From Candidatus Parvarchaeota archaeon (lineage in GTDB: Archaea; Nanobdellota; Nanobdellia; WJKC01), in assembly GCA_017608505.1 (NCBI GenBank), contig JAFCFT010000001.1:5833-69832 (forward strand): 64,000 nt of DNA, written 5' to 3'. A program made the translations under genes and the position numbers. Below, piece after piece: positions 56,119-64,000 of the stretch. Positions within the stretch are counted from its first letter, which is position 1; every line of letters begins with the position of its first letter. Below the pieces are notes generated by a model that was given only the letters and a program-made list of their open reading frames with translations, did not search any database and was not told the origin of the DNA.

Positions 56119-58971
56119 ATGCGCTTAAAAGTTAGAGACTTAAACATATCTGGCGGGAGTTTTGACATTGTAGTTATAAATCAAGACACAGCCTCTTCTT
56201 TAGATATTCACGCCTCAAGCCGTCTGCGCTTGACAAGCGGAAGGCGCTCTGTTGTTGCAGTTGTTGACTTGGCTGAGCCTAATGTATTAAAACGCGGAGA
56301 AATAGGGCTTTTTACAGAAGTTTATGAAAAACTTAAAGTTAAGGACGGCGATTTTGTTAATGTATTTGCAGTCCCTCAACCAGAAAGCGTTGAGTACATA
56401 AAAAAGAAGCTTGACGGCCTTGAATTAAACAGCAACGAGATCAAAAGCATTATAAAAGACATTGTAAAAAACCATCTTAGTCAAGTTGAGATGAGCGCTT
56501 TTGTAACTGCTTGTTACACAAGACGCTTGACCATGGATGAAACATATTATTTGACAAAAGCCATTGTTGATACTGGAGAAACTATCAAATTTAAAGATGA
56601 AGTAATATTAGATAAACATTGCGTTTCAGAAGACACTCCCTTGCTTATTAAAGACACTTCTGGATTAAAAGTTGTACGTTTTAAAGATTTAGGTTTAAAA
56701 TATGATTTTAGAAAATGCGACGCAGAAACTGAAGAGGCGAAAATAACTAATTTAAAAGCATTAACTTTTGATGAAAATAATAAACTTGTTTTTGATGACA
56801 TTGTTTCTATAATTAGACACAAGGCTCCTAAAAAATTATATCGTATAATACTTAAAGGCAATAAATACATTGATTTGACTGATTATCACACAATTTTTGT
56901 TCTTAAAAAAGGCGCAATTAGAAATTTGCCTGTAACATCATTAAGAAAAGGCGATTATGTTGTTGTCCCAAGAGCGTTTAGTTATTCTAAAAAAATAACT
57001 TCAATTAATCTGCTTGAATTTGGTTTAAAAAATGGATTAATTGATAAAGAAATAATATATCATTCAGATGGCACGGTTTCTTTAAAAAAGAGTGGTAAAA
57101 GCATAAATTTAAATATGCCCATTAATACTGATTTAATGCATTTTCTAGGTTTATACTTGGCTGAAGGGTTTACAAATTACCAAGGTGTATTTTTAAATTT
57201 TGGTTCGCATGAAATCAAATTAATCAATAAAGTTATAGAACTTATTGAGAGATTATTTAATGTAACTCCTACAATAAATAAACCTCACAAAACTGCTGTA
57301 AGGATATGTATATACAATCGGTTGCTTGCTAAATTATTCAAGCATTATTTTAAATTTAATGATGGCGCCACGAACAAAAGAATACCTGATTTAATATTTT
57401 CTTTGCCTGATGACCTTAAAATTGAATTTTTAAAAGCTTATGCAATGGGTGATGGTTATGTAAGAAGGGGTTACGAATGCGTTTTTGTAACTAATAGCCC
57501 TTATATTGCTGAGCAACTGCAGTATTTGTTATCCATTCTTGGCATGTCATCATCCATTAGCGAAGCAGAAGAAAGAAATACTATATTCCCAACAAGAACA
57601 TCTAAAGTTAACAAAAGTTACTACATATACACTCAAGCAAGAGAGCTATTTGGAGGCAGGACAGGCGCAAATGTATCTTTTAAAAATTTAATACCAATTA
57701 AAGAATCAGGTTTATATAAATTAGTAAATGAAGATATAGGATGGATCGATAGAAGAAAAATTAAGAATCAAAAATATTTGTGTTTTGAAACTGCTAGAAA
57801 AATATTAAATAAATTAGGCAATAAATATCCTATCCTTAAGAAACTTATTGATTCTGATTTGTCGTTTATAGAAATCAAAGATGTTGTGCCTTTTAATTAC
57901 GCTGGTAAATACGTTTATGATCTAAAAATGAAAAAATATCACAGATTTGTTGCTGGCAAAGGTCCCATGCTAATACATAATTGCATCGGCGGCATTTCAG
58001 GAAACCGCACTACAATGATTGTTGTTCCAATAATTGCTTCTTTTGGCGTAAAAATTCCAAAAACAAGCTCCCGCTCAATTACAAGCCCTGCGGGCACAGC
58101 AGACACAATGGAAATCTTAGCGCCTGTTGAACTTAGTGTCAAAAAAATCAGGCAGGTTGTAACAAAAGCAAACGGGTGCATTGTTTGGGGCGGAAACATT
58201 AATTTGGCAGCAGCTGACGATAAACTAATTAGCGTAAGGCACCCTCTTGCTTTGGATCCTGTAGGCCTTATGCTTGCAAGCATTATGGCAAAAAAGGCAG
58301 CAGTAGGCTCCACTCATGTTTTAGTTGACATTCCTTTAGGTGCTGGCGCTAAAATAAAAGACCTTGGTGAAGCCAAATTTTTAGGAATGCAGTTTATAGA
58401 GCTTGGCAAAAGACTTGGGATCAAAGTTAAGCCAATAATATCAGACGGAAGCAAGCCTATTGGCAAAGGCATAGGGCCTGTTCTTGAGGCGCGAGACGTT
58501 TTAAGCGTGCTAAGAAACGAAATTGGAGCGCCAACTGACTTGTATAACAAGTCTTTAAGGCTTGCTGCTGAACTTCTTGAATTCTCTGGCGTTGTCCCTG
58601 TTGGAGAAGGTTTTCATATTGCTAAAGACATTCTTGACTCTGGCAGGGCATATGAAACAATGAAGCAAATCATTAAACTGCAAGGCGGAGACCCTGATAT
58701 AAGCCCTAGCGCGCTAAGGCCTGGAAAATACGAATACGCTCTTTATTCTCCGAAAACAGGAAAAATAAAATTCATGAACGACGACCTAGTTTCTAAGATA
58801 GCTAGAATGGCAGGCGCTCCAAAAAGCAAAAAAGCAGGAGTATATTTGCACAAGAACGCAGGAGACTTTGTTAAAAGAGGCCAAGAAGTGCTGACAATTT
58901 ATTCAGAATCTGAAGACTTGCTTAAAAACGCAAAAGATGTGATACGCAAAGACTTATTCATCATTACGTAA
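56119..58971 (+). CDS. deoA: AMP phosphorylase (thymidine phosphorylase family, archaeal DeoA-type), interrupted by an intein
   Basis: N-extein MRLKVRDLNISGG...LSQVEMSAFVTACYTRRLTMDE...ILDKH, then C-extein CIGGISGNRTTMIVVPIIASFGVKIPKTSSRSITSPAGTADTMEIL. The extein total of 496 aa is typical of AMPpase. Confidence 0.85.
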   Translation: MRLKVRDLNISGGSFDIVVINQDTASSLDIHASSRLRLTSGRRSVVAVVDLAEPNVLKRGEIGLFTEVYEKLKVKDGDFVNVFAVPQPESVEYIKKKLDGLELNSNEIKSIIKDIVKNHLSQVEMSAFVTACYTRRLTMDETYYLTKAIVDTGETIKFKDEVILDKHCVSEDTPLLIKDTSGLKVVRFKDLGLKYDFRKCDAETEEAKITNLKALTFDENNKLVFDDIVSIIRHKAPKKLYRIILKGNKYIDLTDYHTIFVLKKGAIRNLPVTSLRKGDYVVVPRAFSYSKKITSINLLEFGLKNGLIDKEIIYHSDGTVSLKKSGKSINLNMPINTDLMHFLGLYLAEGFTNYQGVFLNFGSHEIKLINKVIELIERLFNVTPTINKPHKTAVRICIYNRLLAKLFKHYFKFNDGATNKRIPDLIFSLPDDLKIEFLKAYAMGDGYVRRGYECVFVTNSPYIAEQLQYLLSILGMSSSISEAEERNTIFPTRTSKVNKSYYIYTQARELFGGRTGANVSFKNLIPIKESGLYKLVNEDIGWIDRRKIKNQKYLCFETARKILNKLGNKYPILKKLIDSDLSFIEIKDVVPFNYAGKYVYDLKMKKYHRFVAGKGPMLIHNCIGGISGNRTTMIVVPIIASFGVKIPKTSSRSITSPAGTADTMEILAPVELSVKKIRQVVTKANGCIVWGGNINLAAADDKLISVRHPLALDPVGLMLASIMAKKAAVGSTHVLVDIPLGAGAKIKDLGEAKFLGMQFIELGKRLGIKVKPIISDGSKPIGKGIGPVLEARDVLSVLRNEIGAPTDLYNKSLRLAAELLEFSGVVPVGEGFHIAKDILDSGRAYETMKQIIKLQGGDPDISPSALRPGKYEYALYSPKTGKIKFMNDDLVSKIARMAGAPKSKKAGVYLHKNAGDFVKRGQEVLTIYSESEDLLKNAKDVIRKDLFIIT
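56620..57981 (+). mobile_element. Intein (454 aa) with LAGLIDADG homing-endonuclease domain, inserted in the DKH|S phosphate-binding loop
   Basis: Starts at Cys (CVSEDTPLLI), block B TDYHTIF, LAGLIDADG motifs FLGLYLAEGF and FLKAYAMGDGYV, terminal VYDLKM...PMLIHN followed by +1 Cys. In frame: 1362 nt. Confidence 0.85.
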
Positions 58972-59005
58972 TCTTTTTAAATAGTTATTTAATTCATTCT
59001 CCCTT

Positions 59006-59233
59006 ATGGGAAGAATTAGAACTGATGAAATAAAGAACATTACATCAATGATATTAGGCAAATATACGCTTTCGTATTTTAGCGACGACTTTGAGACTAA
59101 CAAACAAAGGCTTAAGTCCTTGCCTGAAGAATTCCCAAGCAAGAAGGTCTTAAACAAAGTTGCAGGCTACATTACATTTCTTTACAAAAGAGAGCGCGAA
59201 GAAGAGAAAAAATTGCTTGCTCCCTCAAAATAA
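59006..59233 (+). CDS. rps17e: 30S ribosomal protein eS17
   Basis: MGRIRTDEIKNITSMILGKY...DDFETNKQRL matches the S17e N-terminal pattern (MG+IRTK.VKR...FETNK). Confidence 0.85.
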   Translation: MGRIRTDEIKNITSMILGKYTLSYFSDDFETNKQRLKSLPEEFPSKKVLNKVAGYITFLYKREREEEKKLLAPSK

Positions 59234-59288
59234 TTGTCCTAAAATTTATAAAGAGAAATAATATAAAATCATCTTATGACAAGCCAGC

Positions 59289-59534
59289 GTGGTTGTCCCT
59301 GGAGAACATAAAGATTTTCTTAGAGGCAGGACTGGGCTTGTCTTTAAGTGCTTATTCAATTTTAATGGATGCACGCAATACAAAGCTGTTAAATACATTT
59401 CTAAGGAGCAGAATTTAGCTACTTCAACAATTAAATACGCTTTAAAAAAACTAAGAGAAGCCGGCGTAATTAGTTACAATGGAAAAATTACATTTACTCA
59501 ATTTGGGGAGGTGTTAAAAAATGAGATTAAGTAA
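59289..59534 (+). CDS. Hypothetical small winged-helix-like protein
   Basis: LATSTIKYALKKLREAGVISYNGKITFTQFG resembles a wHTH recognition helix plus wing. GTG start only, so the start is uncertain. Confidence 0.3.
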   Translation: MVVPGEHKDFLRGRTGLVFKCLFNFNGCTQYKAVKYISKEQNLATSTIKYALKKLREAGVISYNGKITFTQFGEVLKNEIK

Positions 59535-60126
59535 AATGCTTGCAGATTTGGAATCAAAGATTTTGCCATATCCTGAGCAGTACAGTCTTGAGAGACTTAG
59601 ACAAACTGCTTTTAAAGTCTTTGATGGAGATTTTAAGAAAATTAAAAGCACATACGAATGCTTGCTAAAAATTACAAGTTTTTATGATTTGATAAATGCA
59701 GACCTTTTATTTGAAAAAATTTATAATGCGACAAAAGAGGCGCCAGCAAGCATATTTCCAATGTTTTCAGGATATGATGAGCTTTATGAAATTCTAGAGA
59801 CATACAAAGTGCCTTTTGAGTTTTGCGAGTGCGATCTTGAGGATACAAAAGATTGCATTGTTGACTTGATTTTTGAGAAGAGAGGAAATAATTTAAAGCT
59901 TGAAAGGCTGTTTAAAGACTTAAGCATTATTGAGCGCGTAGCAGAATACATGGCTGTTGTCACTTCACTTCAAGACACTGGCAAAATAGTTTTTGATAAA
60001 AGGAATTCATACACGCAGTATTTTACTGCAAAAAAGATATTTCGCCTTTTAGGCGTGAAATTTGGCAAAGTGCCTGTTATCATCTACAATAATAGAAAAG
60101 TTAATAGCGAGAATTTGCATAGGTGA
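59521..60126 (+). CDS. Hypothetical protein (201 aa), no recognisable motif
   Basis: ORF overlaps the upstream wHTH ORF by 14 nt and ends just upstream of trpS. Confidence 0.4.
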   Translation: MRLSKMLADLESKILPYPEQYSLERLRQTAFKVFDGDFKKIKSTYECLLKITSFYDLINADLLFEKIYNATKEAPASIFPMFSGYDELYEILETYKVPFEFCECDLEDTKDCIVDLIFEKRGNNLKLERLFKDLSIIERVAEYMAVVTSLQDTGKIVFDKRNSYTQYFTAKKIFRLLGVKFGKVPVIIYNNRKVNSENLHR

Positions 60127-60131
60127 TTATA

Positions 60132-61223
60132 ATGAAAAATGTCATAAATCCTTTTGGAACAAGCACGATTAAAGATTATGAAAAATTATTCAAAGAATTT
60201 GGAGTTTCTCGCTTTAGCAAGATTTTGCCAAAAATGCCTGACCCTTTAGTCACAATGAGAAGAGGAATCATATTTGGACATCGCGATTTAGAAATAATAG
60301 TTGATGCTATGAATTCTAAAAAGAAATTTGCTGTTATGAGCGGGATAAAACCAACAAATTATCTGCATATTGGGTCTAAAATGATTGTTGACGAAATTGT
60401 TTATTTCCAGAATCATGGCGGTCTTGTGTATTATTCTATTGCTGATTTAGAGGCTCTTGTTGACAATGGATTGCCTTTAGACGAGTCGCGCAAATTTACA
60501 TATGACAACCTCCTTGATTTAGCAGCGCTTGGCATTGATTTAAAGAAAGCACGCATATACTTGCAGTCAGAGGAAATTAAAGTGCAGCGCTACGCTTATG
60601 TTTATTCCCGCAATGTCACAAACAATATGCTGCGCGCCATTTACGGCGAACATCCAGTTGGCATTTATATGGCAGCATTAACTCAAGTGGCAGACATACT
60701 TTTGCCGCAAATCGAGCATGGAAAAATGCCTGTGGTGGTTCCTGTTGGATTTGACCAAGACCCTCACATCCGCCTGACACGCGACATTGCAAAAAAACAC
60801 GGCTTGATTCCTCCTGCTTCGACATATCACAAGTTTATGTGTTCTTTGACAGGCGTTGACAAGAAAATGAGCAAGCGCGAGCCGCAGGGTATAATTTACT
60901 TAAATGAGCCGCCTGAAGTTGCCAGAAAAAAAATAATGAAGTATGCTTTTAGCGGAGGGCAGCCAACAGTAGAAGAACACCGCAAAAAAGGAGGCAATCC
61001 AGACATAGATGTTTCTTATCAGTATCTTACATTTTTAGAAGAGAACGATAAAAAATTAAGGCAAATATATGAGGATTACAAATCTGGGAAATTGCTTTCA
61101 GGAGAACTTAAACAAATACTTGCTTTAAAAATTGAGGCTTTCTTAAGAAAGCACCAAGAAAAGCGCGAGAAAATGCGCAAAGTAGTTGACAAATTCATAG
61201 CTTCCCAAGGATTTTCTGCTTAG
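60132..61223 (+). CDS. trpS: Tryptophanyl-tRNA synthetase (archaeal/eukaryotic type)
   Basis: INPFGTSTIKDYEKLFKEFG, class I HIGH-type PTNYLHIGS, GFDQDPHIRLTRD, KMSKS-type KKMSKRE. ATG 60132 preferred (GTG 60123 possible). Confidence 0.8.
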   Translation: MKNVINPFGTSTIKDYEKLFKEFGVSRFSKILPKMPDPLVTMRRGIIFGHRDLEIIVDAMNSKKKFAVMSGIKPTNYLHIGSKMIVDEIVYFQNHGGLVYYSIADLEALVDNGLPLDESRKFTYDNLLDLAALGIDLKKARIYLQSEEIKVQRYAYVYSRNVTNNMLRAIYGEHPVGIYMAALTQVADILLPQIEHGKMPVVVPVGFDQDPHIRLTRDIAKKHGLIPPASTYHKFMCSLTGVDKKMSKREPQGIIYLNEPPEVARKKIMKYAFSGGQPTVEEHRKKGGNPDIDVSYQYLTFLEENDKKLRQIYEDYKSGKLLSGELKQILALKIEAFLRKHQEKREKMRKVVDKFIASQGFSA

Positions 61224-62403
61224 CTTTTTTAACTTTAGCTTCTAACTCTTTTTCATTAATTTTTTCCACTAACTTGTAGTTCTTCAGTTTGTATTCCCCA
61301 TTAATTAAGACAGAATTAATACAGTTGTTCTTAAGTATATTTAAATACAATCTTTCAATTTCTTTATACGGCCTTACTTTCCATAAGTCTATAAGCAAGA
61401 GATTTGCTGGAGCGCCTTCAAATATTCCTGCTTCTTCCCATAACGCGTGCCCGTTCCACAACATATTGAACGCATCGCTAACACTTATTTTTCCAAGACT
61501 TATTGCTTTTAGAGCCTCGCTTCTTATGTCTGGATTTGGGTTCCATGGAAACTCATCTGTTCCAAGCCCAACATTAATCTTGTGTTCAAGCATTAATTTT
61601 GTGTTTGGAATTTTTCTTGATATTTCATAATTGCATGTTGGGCAGTGTATTACTGGCACGCCGTGGCCTGAAAGCAAAAGCGTTTCTCCAATGTCAATGT
61701 ACGTGCAGTGAGCAAGACTTACATCATAATCTAAGAATCCAAGACTTTCTAAATAATTTATAGTTCTTTTCCCAGTTGCCTTTTTAATTTTTACAACTTC
61801 ATCGCGCGTTTCAGCAGCGTGCATGTGCACTTGTAAATCGTGCTCTTTTGCAAACTCAAGCGCTTGGCGTATTAATTTTGGCGAGCACTCAACTTCATTT
61901 GCAAGCCCTACGTAAATTTTGTCTTTGTGCTCTTTATTAAGCTGTTCAATCATCTTAAAAGAGTTTTCAATGTTTTGCGCTTCTTCATACTTGTCTTTTA
62001 ATGGATACCCAGACAAGTAATTTAATCCAAGTTTTTCTAAGGCTTTTATCACTGGCTTAGGGTGCACATCCATTGTCAGTACATTTGTTACCCCACTTTT
62101 TAAAAACTCAATTCCTGCAAGCAACGCTGCATTGTAAACGTCTTCTTTTGTTCTTAATCTGTGCGCTTTAAATCCAACTTTTGTGAAAAATGTAAATTTT
62201 GAGAGGCCAAGCCCCAGCCCGCTTATCAGTCTTGAAGCCATGTGCGTATGGGCATTTGCAAACCCAGGAATCAAAAGCTTTCCAGCGCAGTTTTCCCCTT
62301 TAGGAAGCGACTTGCTTATTTTGCGAATTCTTCCATGCTTTAACTCAATGTCTCTCTTGACTAAAGAACCGTTTTCTATAATTTTAACATCATTTAATAT
62401 CAT
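61195..62403 (-). CDS. Amidohydrolase-superfamily deaminase (MtaD/DadD-like)
   Basis: LLIPGFANAHTHMASRL (HxH metal site), VHMHAAET, LAHCTYI, GLGTDE. Confidence 0.65.
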   Translation of the reverse strand: MILNDVKIIENGSLVKRDIELKHGRIRKISKSLPKGENCAGKLLIPGFANAHTHMASRLISGLGLGLSKFTFFTKVGFKAHRLRTKEDVYNAALLAGIEFLKSGVTNVLTMDVHPKPVIKALEKLGLNYLSGYPLKDKYEEAQNIENSFKMIEQLNKEHKDKIYVGLANEVECSPKLIRQALEFAKEHDLQVHMHAAETRDEVVKIKKATGKRTINYLESLGFLDYDVSLAHCTYIDIGETLLLSGHGVPVIHCPTCNYEISRKIPNTKLMLEHKINVGLGTDEFPWNPNPDIRSEALKAISLGKISVSDAFNMLWNGHALWEEAGIFEGAPANLLLIDLWKVRPYKEIERLYLNILKNNCINSVLINGEYKLKNYKLVEKINEKELEAKVKKAKQKILGKL

Positions 62404-62444
62404 TAGACATTATTATTAACGCAACTAGTACTTATTATTTTTGT

Positions 62445-64000
62445 TCAAATTATCAATAGTATCCCAGGCTTTCCTGGAAGCGCGCTTTTTGCCTTTTTAT
62501 CATATATAGCATCTTCTGCTTTGATAATTTCCACCTTGCACTCGAACTCGCGTTCAATGAAGTCTTTAGATTCTGTAAAGAATGAATATTCGTCCTTTTG
62601 CGAGATTTTTATTGGAACAACCTTGCTTAAGTCTCTAGTGACTGTTTGAATTATTTTTACTGCTTCACTTCCATGCTTTTTTATTGCAGGAACATTCATT
62701 GCCTGCTTAGTTATTGCTTTAAAGTCTCTTTTATCCTTTGCTTCTCTTATTATGTCTATTAGTTTGTACTTCCATGATTCGCTAATGAAAATCTTAATTG
62801 TATCTGGTTTTTTATCAACAAGTTTTATTATTTCATTAATGTCTCCAATAACTTGACTTAAAATTTGGTCAAGCACTTCTGCTTTTTCATCTATTAATTT
62901 TTTGTCATACTTTGGCCATTCTGCAACCGAGACAAATCCAGATCCTCCTATTTTTTCCCATAATTCTTCACAAGTATGAGGCATAAATGGTGAAAGCAGA
63001 ATTATTAGTTTTGTGTAAGCATAGTCATATATCTCATATCTTATGTCTGTCTTTACCCTATTAAGTGTGTTTGTAAGTTCCATAATGCTTGCAATTGCCA
63101 TATTAAATTCATAATTCTCAATCTGCTCTGTAACTTTTTTTATGGTCCTGTGTAACTTGCCTACAACACTTTTCTCTTTAGAGCTAAGTGACTTTGGTAA
63201 CTTGTCATTAAAAGACACTTTGTCACTCATCATTATAACTTTTTTTATGAATTTGTGGCTTGCGGAAACTCCCTTGTCTGTCCAGTCAAGTTCCTTTTCT
63301 GGTAGTGCTGCAAACAGTATGAATAGTCTTGCAGTGTCTGCGCCATATTTTTCAGTAATCTCTTTAGGCTCTACTATGTTTCCTATGCTTTTGCTCATTT
63401 TAACGCCGTCTTTTATGACCATGCCTTGAGTAAGTAATCTCTTAAATGGCTCGTCAAAATTAAGCATTCCAATATCTCTTAAGAACTTAGTAAAAAAGCG
63501 CGAGTAAAGCAAGTGCATCACTGCATGTTCAATACCTCCTATGTACTGATCAACAGGCATCCAGTACTTGACTTTTTCCTTATCAAAAGGTGCTTTATCA
63601 TACTTTGGACTGCAGTATCTTAAGAAGTACCATGAGGAATTAAAGAATGTGCCCATTGTGTCGGTTTCTCTTCTTGCTTTGCCACCGCACTTTGGGCATG
63701 TTGTGTTTACAAAGGACTTGCTTGTTTCTAGAGGATTCCCTCTTCCAAATTTTACGTCATCAGGGAGCAGTACTGGAAGGTCTTTAAATGGAACTGGAAC
63801 TATGCCGCAGGATTCACAATGAATCATTGGTATTGGCGTTCCCCAGTATCTTTGCCTTGATATTGGCCAATCTTTTAGTTTATATTGTGTTGCTTTTTTT
63901 CCAAATCCCTTTTTTTCCATCCACTTGCTAATTGCTTTTTTTGCTTCTTCACTTTCCATACCGTCAAATTTACCTGAATTAATAAGCACTCCTTCATCAA
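62445..64000 (-). CDS. leuS: Leucyl-tRNA synthetase, C-terminal part (5' end beyond window)
   Basis: Frame stays open to the window edge ([13 protein letters not shown]...). [39 protein letters not shown] motif [10 protein letters not shown]. Confidence 0.9.
   Translation of the reverse strand, partial: DEGVLINSGKFDGMESEEAKKAISKWMEKKGFGKKATQYKLKDWPISRQRYWGTPIPMIHCESCGIVPVPFKDLPVLLPDDVKFGRGNPLETSKSFVNTTCPKCGGKARRETDTMGTFFNSSWYFLRYCSPKYDKAPFDKEKVKYWMPVDQYIGGIEHAVMHLLYSRFFTKFLRDIGMLNFDEPFKRLLTQGMVIKDGVKMSKSIGNIVEPKEITEKYGADTARLFILFAALPEKELDWTDKGVSASHKFIKKVIMMSDKVSFNDKLPKSLSSKEKSVVGKLHRTIKKVTEQIENYEFNMAIASIMELTNTLNRVKTDIRYEIYDYAYTKLIILLSPFMPHTCEELWEKIGGSGFVSVAEWPKYDKKLIDEKAEVLDQILSQVIGDINEIIKLVDKKPDTIKIFISESWKYKLIDIIREAKDKRDFKAITKQAMNVPAIKKHGSEAVKIIQTVTRDLSKVVPIKISQKDEYSFFTESKDFIEREFECKVEIIKAEDAIYDKKAKSALPGKPGILLII

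Noticed and set aside
1-64000. Search for CRISPR arrays, tRNA/rRNA genes, transposases, integrases, toxin-antitoxin or known defence systems
   Set aside because: No regularly spaced repeats, no cloverleaf-compatible intergenic sequence (all intergenic regions are at most 254 nt and AT-rich), and no DDE, tyrosine/serine-recombinase, Cas or nuclease-helicase defence signatures among the ORFs. The only mobile element is the intein.
1-64000. Alternative genetic code or stop-codon reassignment
   Set aside because: Long uninterrupted ORFs with conserved motifs end at standard stops (TAA, TGA and TAG all used). Neighbouring genes abut cleanly under the standard code.

Overview
AT-rich, very gene-dense archaeal window. 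Archaeal markers are Orc1/Cdc6, FEN1, aEF-1beta, ribosomal protein eS17, AglB/STT3, AglH/Alg7-type transferase, AMP phosphorylase and archaeal-type TrpRS/LeuRS. The compaction (overlapping gene ends, tiny intergenic regions) suggests a small-genome, DPANN-like lineage, but that is inference only. Bases 1 to ~46.7 kb form one very large glycosylation locus. It holds 5 GT2 and 8 GT4 glycosyltransferases, a GlcNAc-1-P transferase, a Wzx-like flippase and a GtrB/DPM1-like polyprenol-P-hexose synthase. It also holds NDP-sugar supply genes (PMM/PGM, two nucleotidyltransferases, a WbpB/D/E-like trio, a 2-epimerase), a methyltransferase and a B12-radical-SAM enzyme. Eight large polytopic GT-C-like membrane proteins are present, two of them STT3/AglB paralogs (WWDYG and WWDHG). 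The core aglB-aglH genes sit in the same tightly overlapping minus-strand gene string as orc1/cdc6. The remaining ~17 kb is housekeeping: fen1, acylphosphatase, a ubiquitin-like protein plus TtuA/NcsA tRNA-thiolation pair, Zn-ribbon plus aEF-1beta, a ribose-1,5-bisphosphate isomerase/HAD/AMP phosphorylase module, eS17, TrpRS, an amidohydrolase and a partial LeuRS. The AMP phosphorylase carries a 454-aa LAGLIDADG intein in its phosphate-binding loop. I saw no rRNA, tRNA, CRISPR array, transposase or integrase. Other oddities are a 29-nt exact direct repeat flanking a GC-rich hairpin at a gene junction, an RHH-nucleotidyltransferase fusion, a pfkB kinase homolog lacking the catalytic GAGD motif, and a protein that looks like four tandem RHH modules. 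All family calls come from motif recognition by eye; no database search was run.
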